Source of the DNA: Camelus dromedarius
Lineage: Eukaryota
Direction: 5' to 3'
Assembly: GCF_036321535.1 (NCBI RefSeq)
Contig: NC_087436.1
Coordinates: 13,082,001-13,146,000 of the forward strand
DNA length: 64,000 nt
The translations under genes were made by a program, and so were the position numbers. The notes under the pieces are model-generated. The model was not told where the DNA came from, did not search any database, and worked only from the letters and a program-made list of their open reading frames with translations. Of the stretch, positions 25,401 to 37,036 are shown piece by piece. Every line of letters starts with the position of its first letter. Position 1 is the stretch's first letter.

Positions 25401-27402
25401 CAGCTTTTTTTCTTGAATGACTGAAATATGTTCAAGTGTTTCAGTGTCTGGACATTTAAGAGGTAATAGATAATTTAAAATAATCTAAGTATTTTAAATT
25501 AATACTGTTTCTCTCAAGTCAGTCATCAATTTAAAAAAATGCTTGCATTGTTTAGAAATAACAGAAGTAAAGCTCTAGAATTATTTACTTATGTACAGCT
25601 CTGAACAAAATGTTCTCATCATTATTTTACCTAAGCATATCCAATAATACTGATTTTTGTAGTCCATTGCATTAATTGTTACATAATTCTGCATTTAAAT
25701 AGATAGTTCACTGTTGCTGTAGGTGATGTTAGTTTTTTAATAGTATTTTTGCAAAGAAGAAAAGAACAAGAACATTAAATGCATCATACTTTCCTGATGC
25801 AACGTTAGACTTAAAATGAAATTCCTCAAAACCTGAAAATGTAATAAATAAATTCTTCTATATGTTTCACTTACCTCATGGTACAGTGATGATTTTCATG
25901 TCTTACCATTTCTACCTTGATGTGAAATGAGCAGTAACTGTAAGTTTTATCTAGATGCCCAGAGACAGAATTTTACTTAAAATGTGCACAATAAGTCAAG
26001 ACCTAGAAGAATTCAAGACTCTCCAGTTATTTTCTTTTTTCTCAGGCAATCTCAAATTTAAATTTTGTCAAAGGAAGAACATATATAAATATTTGCAGCT
26101 CTTTGATGACCTTAGCATCTAACTTGAAGTATTTTCATCAAATGAAATCCTTTGTGTGCTACAATTTCATTTGATGTATGAATATTTTGTTTACAGTAAA
26201 AATAAGGTTGGTGCCTTTCATGAGAAAGGCCATATATGATTCTCATTTGCAATTCTGTCTTCATCTTTGTTCTTTTGCATGCATGCAATCTCCATGTTTT
26301 CTTTTGCAATTGGGCTTATAATAAGCATCCTAACCCGTGAAGAAAAGGCCACCTGCAAGATTGTACATCTTGCCTGCATAACTGTTTCTCTTCTTACTGC
26401 TGTTCTTAAGAATATGTGACAAGCCAGTTGAAATAAAATTTCCTGTGTTTAAAAAATAAGTTCTATCAGGAAACACAAAACTGTGATTTAGCGCTGAAAG
26501 TAAAACGTACTGCACCATTGTAAAAACATATTTCTACCAAAAATGTACCAAAAATATGACATTTTTATATTAACAACGTCTCCTGAAATGTAACAAAATA
26601 AGCATCAGATTATAATGCAACGTGAGAGTTCTCAACATATGTTGTAACTTGATTCAACGTGATTGATTAAAATCCTTTACTTTGTTACTGAATGACTTTG
26701 CAACTGGCTTGAAAAGAATAATCATTTAGAAACTCCAATTAATGATTTTTAAACATTGTCACAGTTTTGTTGAACATAATGTTTTCAAAGAGAGCAATAT
26801 ATCCAGTTTGGGTTTTCCTGTTCTTTCCCCATTATTAATTCTGTTTTATGCCTCTTTCACTGAATTTTCAGTTTTGTGGGCAATACCACATACTTGTTTC
26901 CTTTAATATTTATAGTGATCATTGATTTTGCTTTGGGTGTTTAGTGTTGAAAAGGTCCTGGGGAAAATACTGTCTGTTCTAGGGCTTTTTCTTTCTTCTC
27001 TTGCTTTTAGTGAAAATCTCTTAAGTATCTAGGGAAAAAAAAATATCAATTTGATGTCATTTAGGGACTGTTTTCACTATAACCTTTATCAGGATAGGTT
27101 TCAAGCTTGTTTCTAGGGACAGTAGGATTGAATGAGGAAACCCAGCAGAGACCTTGAATAAGTGCTATTTTATTTCAACTACTGCACATCCCACTATCAG
27201 ATGTAATGTTCTTAAACTGAGTGATTTTTAAAAAATTTCTCTTGTTTTGGAAGGGTCCTAAGGCAGAGAAGCATTTTTCTAATCCCTCAGGCTGTGACAC
27301 TTCACTTCAGTGACCACCTCTTTTCCCTACTTCCCCTCTCTGTCTCCTGTTACATCCTGTCTTTCCATACTTTTTAAGTACCTACTATGTATAAAGGAAT
27401 AG

Positions 27403-28764
27403 ATTTTTTTTCTTCCAGTTTTATTGAGATGTAATTGACATAGAGCACTACATAAGTTTAAGGTGTGCACCATAAGGATTTGATTTACAGACATTATGAA
27501 ATGATCACTATAATAATTTAGTGAACACCCATCATCTCATCTAGATATAAAATTGAAGAAATAGAAAAAAAAATTCTCCTCATGATGAGAACTCTCAGGA
27601 TTTACTCTCTCAACAACTTTCATAAAGTACAGCAGTGTTAATTATATTTATCAGGTTGTACATTACATCCTTAGTATTTATTCATCTTGTAACTGGAAGT
27701 TTGTACCTGTTGACTGTCTTCATCCAATTCCCCACCCACCATCAACCTGCCTCTGGGAACCAGAAATCTGATCCCTTTTGTTTATGAGTTTAATTGTTTT
27801 TGAAGTATAATTGACTTACATCAGTTTATTAGTCCCTGGTACACAACACAGTGCTTAGATTCATCTATACTTTTCAAAGTGATCACCATTATAAGTCTAA
27901 TTGTCATCTGTTATCATGCAAAGACATTACATAATTGTTGACTGCATTGCCCACACTGTACATTTCCAACTTGTGACTCATTTCTTTTGTACCTGAAATT
28001 TGTACCTTGTAATCTCCCTCACTATCTCTTTCCTCCCCTCTGGCAATCACCTGTTTGTCCTTTGTATCTATGACTCTGTTTGTGTTTAGTTATGTTTATT
28101 ACTTGTTTTGTTTTTCAGATTCCACATGTAAGTGAAATTATATAGTATTTGTCTTTCTCTGACTTATTTCACTCAGCATAATACCTTCTAGGTCAACCCC
28201 TGTTGTCACAACTGGCAAGACTTCATTTTTTTTATGACCAAGTAGTATTTAATTTTATATGTATATATACATACATACATGTATATACACATATAGGTAC
28301 ATCACATCTTCTCTATCCATTCATCTACTGATGGGCAATTGAAAATCATGTGTATTCTGCTGCTTTGGGATGGAATGTTCTATGCAAATTTATTAAGTCC
28401 ACCTGGTCTGATGTGACTCTTAAGGCTGGTGTTTCCTTGTTGATTTTCTGTCTGGGTGATCTCTCCATTGAGGTAAGTGGGGTGTTAAAGTCTACTACTA
28501 CTATTGTATTTCTGCCATTTTCTCCTGTTGTGTCTGTTAATATTTGCTTTATGTATTTAGGTACTCCTATGTTGAGTGTATATATGTTTACAATTGTTAT
28601 ATCTTCTTGGAATGATTCCTTTATCAATCTGTAATATTCATCTTTGTCTCTTATCACAGTCTTTGTTACAGACAACATCTGTTTTGTCTGATATGAGCAC
28701 TGCCACCCTGGCTTTGTTTTCATTTTAATTTGCATGGAATAACTTTTTCCATTCCCTCACTTTC
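27403..28764 (-). mobile_element. Older LINE-1: 3' UTR (27403-28338) joined directly to the ORF2 endonuclease region (28340-28764)
   Basis: Minus-strand ORF 28346-28735 (EDITIVNIYT...TIVVVDFNTPLTSM...RTFHPKAAEYT) is L1 endonuclease. The adjacent sequence is L1 3'-end text. Confidence 0.85.
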
Positions 28765-29956
28765 TTTTATTTTATTTTAAAATTTTATTTATTTATTTAT
28801 TTTTTAACATTTTTTAAATTGAGTCATAGTCATTTTACAATATTGTGTCAAATTCCCGTGTACAGCACAATTTTTCAGTTATACATGAACATACATACAT
28901 TCATTGTCACATTCTCTTTTGTTGTGAGCCACCACAAGATCCTGTATATATTTCCCTGTGCTACACAGTACAATCTTGTTTATCTGTTCTACATTTTGAA
29001 ATCCCAGTCTGTCCCTTCCCACCCCCCCGTCCCCCTGGCAACCACAAGTTTGTATTCTATGTCTATGAGTCTGTTTCTGGTTTGTTTTTTTTTTTTCTAT
29101 TTTCTGTTTTTCTATTTGTGTGTGTGTTTTTTTGTTTTTCGTTTTTTGTTTTTTTTTTTTAGATTCCACATATGAGCGATCTCATATGGTATTTTTCTTT
29201 CTCTTTCTGGCTTACTTCACTTAGAATGACATTCTCCAGGAACATCCATGTTGCTGCAAATGGCATTATGTTGTCAATTTTTATGGCTGAATAGTATTCC
29301 ATTGTATAAATATACCACCTCTTCTTTATCCAGTCATCTGTTGATGGACATTTAGGCTGTCTCCATGTCTTGGCTATTGTAAATAGTGCTGCTATGAACA
29401 TTGGGGTGCAGGTGTCTTTTTGAAGTAGGGCTCCTTCTGAATATATGCCCAGGAGCAGGATTCCTGGGTCATATGGTAAGTCTATTCCTAGTCTTTTGAG
29501 GAATCTCCATACTGTTTTCCACAGTGGCTGCACCAAACTGCATTCCCACGAGCAGTGTAGGAAGGTTCCCTTTTCTCCACAGCCTCTCCAGCATTTGTCA
29601 TTTGTGGACTTTTGAATGATGGCCATTCTGACTAGTGTGAGGTGATACCTCACTGTAGTTTTGACTTGCATTTCTCTGATAATTAGTGATACTGAGCATT
29701 TTTTCATGTGCCTATTGATCATTTGTATTTCTTCCTTGGAGAATTGCTTGTTTAGGTCTTCTGCCCATTTTTGGATTGGATTATTTGTTTTTTCTTATTA
29801 AGTCGTATGAGCTGCTTATATATTCTGGAGATCAAGCCTTTGTGGGTTTCATTTGCAAAAATTTTCTCCCATTCTGTAGGTTGTCGTTTTGTTTTACTTA
29901 TGGTTTCCTTTGCTTCACAGAAACTTGTAAGTTTAATTAGGTCCCATTTATTTTTT
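28765..29956 (-). mobile_element. Young 5'-truncated LINE-1 (copy 2) with complete 3' UTR and A-rich tail
   Basis: The 187-aa minus-strand ORF 29159-29722 is an open ORF2 C-terminus ([18 protein letters not shown]). It is nearly identical to the reverse complement of about 1185-2160. Confidence 0.97.
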
Positions 29957-30039
29957 CTTGAAGAAAAGACAAATGAACTTATTTATTAAAAAAAAAGACA
30001 AATAGAATAAATTCTTGATACACAGAGTTACAATTTTTT

Positions 30040-30345
30040 ATGCTGAGCAAAAGAGGCCAGATACTGATGATTTGCATATGTCTAAAATTTTAGAGGCAAA
30101 ACTCATCTAAAGTTATATAAAGTAGATCAGTTATTGCCTGGGTCCAGAAGTGAGAGAAAACTGCCTGCAAAAGGGTCGAAGAGAACTATTTGAAGTAACA
30201 GAAATATTCTGCATCTTGATCTTGGGGGTGGCTACACAGGGGTATATAGTTGTCAAAACTCACAGAACTGTGTACTTAAAATATGTGTATATTATGGTAG
30301 GTAAATTTTACCTTAATAAGTTTGATGAAATAAAAATACTTAAGA
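30040..30345 (+). mobile_element. Ancient L1 (L1M-type) 3'-end fragment
   Basis: ggcaaaactcatcta...agatcagttattgcctggg...gtcaaaactcacagaactgtgtacttaaaatatgtg...ttaccttaataag. Confidence 0.6.
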
Positions 30346-30655
30346 AAACAGGACAGGCAGTGATAGGAGGGAGACAAATGGGCACCCAAGACAGGAAGTG
30401 AAGAAGTGAGCAGCAAAGGGGATAAGATATTATAAACGAAGATGACAAAGTGCTAACCTGGGGCCCAGGTGGATTCTTGAAAACCTTTCCAGTGGAATCC
30501 TGGTTCTAATCACATCAATCATCTTATTACTTCTCTCAGTCATTTCTTCTCTTACCATGGTCGTCAGTCTGATCCCTATAACCTGAAATGACTTCCTTCT
30601 TTCTTCCAATTCCTACCCTAAATCAGTGTCTGTTTTTTCCTTAAAGTTATTTCTT

Positions 30656-30803
30656 TTTTTTTTTTACATTTTTTTTTTATTGAATTATAGTCAGTTTACA
30701 ATGTTGTGTCAGTTCCAGTGTGGAGCACAATTTTTCAGTTATACATAAACATACATATATTCATTGTCACATTCTTTTTCACTGTGAGCTCCCACAAGAT
30801 CTT
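30656..30803 (-). mobile_element. Very short young LINE-1 3' end with TSD
   Basis: Homologous to 28800-28941. TSD agttatttctt (30645-30655) versus agttatctctt (30804-30814). Confidence 0.85.
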
Positions 30804-30959
30804 AGTTATCTCTTGACTGCTCCTTCCTTATCTTAAAAATTCTTGAATGAATCTGTATCATGCAGTTAAGACCTTGGTTACTCTCTAGTTGGGTTGCTTT
30901 TACCTACAACTCTACTGGAAACTGGCTGAAGGAAGATTTCTTATGTTTATACTCTCTTT

Positions 30960-31690
30960 ACTTCTTTTCTCACATCCCATGCAAAGCTCAGGGAAATGTG
31001 TTAAAATATGTCTGCAATTTGTCCCTGTCTTTTCATCCCCTCCTCCGTTCCCCCCAATCCAAGGTTATTGTCTCTTGCATGGACTATGGCAGTATTAGCT
31101 TAATCAGCCTCTCTTTTCCATTCTTGCCCCTCTTTGTTGTCCAGGCAGCAATCCGATACATGGCTTTTAAAGGTAAATCAAATTATTTTACTGATTTTCT
31201 TAAAATGCTCTCATGTCTTCCCATTGCACTTAGAGTCAAATCTGATCCCTGCCCACTAGACGCTATGGTCACCTTCCACACCTCCCCCTGCTCACTGTGC
31301 CCCATCAAACCCAGCCCTTTCCCAGCCCAGGGCCTCTGTGTTGCTGTTGAAGCCTTTTCTTCCAGCTCTTTCTATGGCTCCTCAGGCTTCAAAGTTCAAC
31401 TGTAATGTTGTTCCTCTGCGGCCTCTTCAAAGGGGCCTCCTCTTCCTCCCCAGAAGAAGTATTTTCTATCAAATAACTTTGTTTAATTCTTTGCAGGCAA
31501 CTTAGCACATCTGAATTCTACTCTATTGTGTGTGTCTTTAATGGTTTATCGTTCCTCTCCTCCCACCAGTTTATAACCAACAAGGAGACAGAGATCTTTC
31601 CTATCTTGTTTGTCGCTATGTCTCCAGCATCTAGCGTAGCATCTGGCTTATTGAAGACTCTCAGTAAGTAATCACTGACTGAACGGGCAA
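30960..31690 (+). mobile_element. L2 3' fragment
   Basis: cttcccattgcacttagagtcaaat...atgtctccagcatctagcgtagcatctggcttattgaagactctcagtaagta resembles the L2 3' end. Confidence 0.65.
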
Positions 31691-31801
31691 GTGAAAATAC
31701 AGTAGGCAAATAATAACCACCCAGTGTTTGCTCTTGTTTTTCCCTGAGTTTTCTTTTCCTAACGTTCTTTTTTTTTTTTTTTTTTTACCTAATTTTTACA
31801 G

Positions 31802-31915
31802 GAACTTCTATTGTGACTATAAAAGCTTTTGTTCCTGACTCAATTCGGGACACCATTAAATATTCAGTTTTTAGTGGGAATGAAGATGGAATTTTTGCCC
31901 TGTGCTCCAACTCAG
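31802..31915 (+). CDS. DCHS2: DCHS2 coding exon B (114 nt, phase 1-1)
   Basis: Long poly-T tract, then tttttacag|GAACTTCT; donor AACTCAG|gtaatc. Translates (G)TSIVTIKAFVPDSIRDTIKYSVFSGNEDGIFALCSNS, continuing the cadherin repeat from exon A. Not in the ORF track. Confidence 0.93.
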
Positions 31916-34900
31916 GTAATCCTTCTCTACCCTGTAATAGATGTATTTTCTGCTCCACTTAATGCTACTAGTAAGATGTAATTCTGCAGTGAAAACTCAA
32001 AATTTTTAAATGATAAAAATTGTTAGAGGTAAATAATTTAAAAGGCAAACAAGAAAGAGTTTTTCAGGGTGGCCGATAAGGAAATCAAGAACTATTTGTT
32101 TACATGGACTCCCTGAAACTTTTATTCTTCACACTTCCAAATTAAACCATCTCTATCCTACCCTTCCTGAATCTGAAGATAAATTGGTGCCTAATTATAA
32201 CTTACCTACCCATTTGGGAGACTCAGAGATTGTAGTGGGGACACCAGTGAGAACAAATTTGAACTGAAAATAAGCACACGTGTCTAGCCTTAGGAAATTT
32301 TCATCAGAGATTCTTCTCATTCGCCACTGAATGTCAACAATGCAACAAAAAAAGGACAACTGGGAAGGTTTCTATGTGGTGGTAAAGAAATTACTTCCAA
32401 ATACAGCATGTATTGAATTTAGCTTTAATAAGACCATTATTGTGCTTTAAATGAATACCAATGGATTATTTGAAACATACTTTTTTTTTTTTACTAAAAG
32501 CTATGTAGTAGATACGTATCTCTACTGCTTCATTGTCAAACCTCAAGAAGAATGTTTTAAATAATTTCTGTATTACCATACAGCTCTTATTTAATCTGTA
32601 CTACGTGCATGTGGAAGAATTGAGAGGGGGTAATTTTTAGGCAAATGCCTTCTTGTCCAGGGTAGTGTTGGAACTTTTTGGTCCACGCAGCCTTCGCTCA
32701 GAAAGCTCTCTGAGGTCTCCTGCTAGAAGTCTTCATCTATTCAACCCATCATTTGGTAAAAGGGTGGTGTAGAAACTTTCTGGGCAAGAGGGCCACTTGC
32801 AAATATCAGCAAGCCTTAAGTTTCTCAAATTTCTTAAGTCCAGGTGTCTGAGGGTTCTGGGAAAGGAGCTGAGATTAGAATGTTCAGGAAGAAGTTGAAA
32901 ATCAGAGTTTGCACATTTTCCCAGGTCACCCAAATCCTTCTGCCACCTCACTCCTCACATGGCCCAGGCTTAGCCTTATTTTTTTCTAGAGTCTCTCATT
33001 AAAATGCAGATAAAATATCCCTGGAATTAGTTCAAGGAGGCCATCCATAGAAAACTCTTTAATTTTCAAGTAAGTAGTTATTTATTTAAGTCGAAATGTA
33101 TTTCAGAATTTTATTGTGAAATCTCCACAAGATGATATGAATCTGTTATGACATTTTAAACTGTTTAATGGACAATAGTAAAATAAAAAAAAACTCGTGT
33201 CTTTGCTACCCACCTTGAGATGAGACATTACTAGAAGCTCAGGAAGTCCCAGTGTCCCTTCCCTCTCACGTGTCTTTCATCTCACCCCACAGAGTTAATC
33301 GGTAAATGTCATCTGAATTTGGTATTGATCATTGCCCTTTTTCCTTCATTAGAATTTTCCCACCATGTTTGAACCCCTAAACAGTGTGTTACTTAGTTTT
33401 ACTTTGATTTAAACATCAGGGTAGAATCATGCTGAATGAACTCTTCTATGGCTTGATTCTTTTGTGCAACATTTTTACTGTGATGTATCGTGTAGAAGCC
33501 ATTATGACCACATTGAAGAGGAATGACAAAGAATAGGTACCTTGTGCCAAGGTTTTAAAATAGAACACGACTACCATCATCAGTGCTCCCTTTGTGCCCT
33601 TTTCTGATTGCATCTCTTCTCTCCACCGCTCCAGGCTGAATAATGCCCAGACTTCAGGGATAATCGTTCCCTGGTGACTTACAGTAAATGCATTCCTACA
33701 CAATAAAACTGTTTGATTTTGCTTATTTTTGAATGTATATGAATGGATTCATACTCTCTGTACTATAAAAATTAATTTTTTTTATTCAAAGTTAGAATCA
33801 TCCCTGTTAATGTGTGTAGTTGGGGTTCTTTCATTTTTATTTCTTGATAGTATTCTGTTGTAAGTCTGTATCACATTGTTTATCGATCCTACTGTTGATG
33901 CACAGTGAGGTTTCCCTGTCTGGGGGTGTAATGAACAATCTCGTCTTCTGGTGCACATGGAAGCCATTCTCTGGGCCCTAGAGTGTAGGCTGGGCATATA
34001 CATCAGAGGATGCCTACGTTCAGCTTTGCAGATAGTGCCAAATTGTGTTATGAAGTGGTCTGTCCAATTTTACATCCCACCAGCATCGTTGTTCAAGTCC
34101 TACATTCTGTGGCCAGTCTGGTGGGCATGAAATGGTATCCCACTGTGCTTGCAACTTACATTTCCCTTATTAGTAATGTATTTGAGCATTTTTTTTAATA
34201 CTTTATCAACTGTTTCTGTTTTCTTCTATGTGAAATGCATATTGATATCTTTTGCCTGTTTTTCTGCTAGGTTGTTTGTGTTTTTGTTTCTGAAATGCAA
34301 GAATTTTTAACATATTTTATTAGTATTTATCCTTTTCTTTGTTACAAATCTTTTTTTATATAATTTATGACTTGTCTTTTACTCTTTTAATGGCATGTTC
34401 TGATTTTAATGTTGGAAGTAATCAATCTTTTACTTTTATGATTTGCCTTTTTTATAAGTTGTTTAAGAAATTCTTCCCTACCCTGAGATCATGAAGATAT
34501 TCTTCCATTGTCTTCAAAAAATTGTATAGTTTTCCTGTGTTTCACATTTACATCTTTAGTGCATCTAGAATTGATTTTCGTATTTTACATGAGTTAGAGA
34601 TAACTTTTCTTTTTACCTCTCCTTTCCTTTTTCTTTCTTTTTTCTTTTTTTCAACCAGGATTGCCAGCTTTTCCAATAACCTTCCCTTGTGACCTACAGT
34701 ACTACCATGTCATATGTCATGTTTCCGTGACTCTACTGGGCTCTCAACTCTCTTCCATTCATCTTTTTGTCTGTTCACACACCAACACCACATTGGCTTA
34801 ATTATGTTGGCTTTATAAGTCTTCATACCAGGGAAGCAGCACCCCCTCCAATATTTAACCCATTTTCATGTTCTTTTTCATGAGTATTTTAGCTGCTACT

Positions 34901-34948
34901 GGCTGTTTGCTCTAATGGAAAGCATTATATCCACCTGTTAAGTCTTTC

Positions 34949-34950
<2 letters not shown>

Positions 34951-35002
<52 letters not shown>
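34951..35002. repeat. (TC)n(AC)n compound microsatellite
   Basis: Read directly from the sequence. Confidence 0.95.
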
Positions 35003-35006
<4 letters not shown>

Positions 35007-36971
35007 TCCTATTGGGATTGTTTTTCCATGGGTAGGAGGTCTATTCATGAACCTGGAGGTGATATACAGCTCTTCACGCCTTCATGCGTGTAACCCACAT
35101 AGCCATGGCATGCACATTTATTTCCAGGTGAAACCTCACCCAAATTAACAAAGAGAATGTAAAACAAAAAAATCATATAGCTCCAATCTCGAATTTAAGT
35201 AACTTAATCATCAGGCCAAAATGTCCTCCTTTTGAAATCTCACAAAGCCCTGTGTAGCTGTGCATTGTAGATAATCATCATCTACTAGAACTTTTCTTGA
35301 CTGACTTTTTAAAAAATATATATAGTAAGAAAATTTAACATGCAATCTACTCTCTTAGCATATTTTTAAGTGCACAAAACTGCATTGTTAACTACAGACA
35401 CGATGTTGTAGAGTGGATCTCTAGGACTCACTCATCTTGTCTAACTGAATCTTCGTTTTCCACTAAAGACCAGCTCCCGTTTCACCCTCCCTGTGACCCT
35501 GGCAACCACCATTCTACTCTCTGCTTCTGAGTTTGACTATTTCAGATACTTCATCAAACTGGAATCAAGTAATATTTTTCTTTCTGTGGCTGGCTTATTT
35601 CACTAAGCATAATATCCTCAAGGTTCATTCACATTGTCATATATGGCAGGATGCTATTTGTTAAGGTTGAATAATCTACCACTGTAGGTATAAACCACAT
35701 TTTCTTTATCCGTTCATCCATTGATGGACCTTTAGGTTGTTGAGATTTTTTACTGGAATTATATTAATTCTGAGCATCAGTTTGGGGGAAATGTGTATCT
35801 TTACAGTATTGTCTTCTAATCCAGGCATAATACAGAAAATCACACCAATTTTTTTCTTCAATTTTTTAAAAAAATTATTGATTGATTTTTTAATAGAAGT
35901 ATAGTCAGTTTACAATGTTGTGTCCATTTCTGGTGTACAGCTTAATGCTTCAGTCACACATATTCTTTAATATTTTTAATAAAGTTTTTATTTTCTTCCT
36001 GTAGCAGGCTTGCATTTTCTTACTAGATTTAGCCTAAGTATTTTATACTTTTTCTTGCTGAGGTAAATTTTAAAAATACTTTTTCTGACGTTATTAGGAT
36101 ATATACTTGAAATTGGCTTTTATATTTTGATTTTGTATCTAGAAAGCCTGATTCTGATATTTTTCTGTACATTCAACATACACAGTCATTGAAAATTACC
36201 ATTTTCTCCTATGTTTGTTGGAAGTTATGTAGCTTTTTCTCTTTTTTAGAGGTTAGCCTAGCTATTTTAACATACACAGTTAAAGCCTCGCATTAATCAA
36301 TGTCCTGCTTCTAAATAACACATGAGACTTAGAATTCTTTATCTCCTACTATCCCTTTTTTAATTTAAAAACTTTTCTTAACCACAATTTGAGTTCTTTC
36401 AAGTTAAGCATTACTAATATTTTTAAATAGATTTATCGACCTCTTTGTTACTCTCTTCGCTAATTGTTCTTTCTTACATTTCAGATTTTGCTCTGGTATC
36501 ATCTTATTTCTACCTGAAGTACATCCTTTGGTGTGTCTGTTGTAGTAAGCTCTCTCAGATTTTGGTTGTCTAAAAACATCTTTAATTAAATTTTATTTAA
36601 TTCATCTCTTTAATTGAGAGATATTTTTATTGCACTTAGAATTCCTAATTCGCAGTTATTTTCTCTTATCATATTTGAGGTATTACCCTACTGTCTTCTG
36701 GTTTCCAATTTTTGCATGAAGAAGTCAGCTGTTGATCTAAATACCATTTATTTGTATCTTTTTTTGGAGCTCTAGTTAGACAAATATTGGGGCCATATCA
36801 CTCTCTCCCACACCTCTTTTGGATATTTTTTATCTCCATTTGCCTCTTCTCTTCAGCGTAAGGCACTATATTTTTCATTTCCAAAAGTTCTTTTGGGTTC
36901 ATTTTCAACTCTTCTTGGTCTTTTTAAAAAGTAATTTCTTGTTCCTTGCTCATGTTTCCAACCTTCTTTTT

Positions 36972-37036
36972 TTATACATGTATATATATATATACATGTA
37001 TATATTTGTATATATTTGTATATATATATATATATA
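36972..37036. repeat. Imperfect (TA)n microsatellite
   Basis: Read directly from the sequence. Confidence 0.9.

Noticed and set aside
30860..31405. 181-aa + strand ORF
   Set aside because: It overlaps a decayed L2, shows no protein-family signal and has no splice connection to DCHS2.
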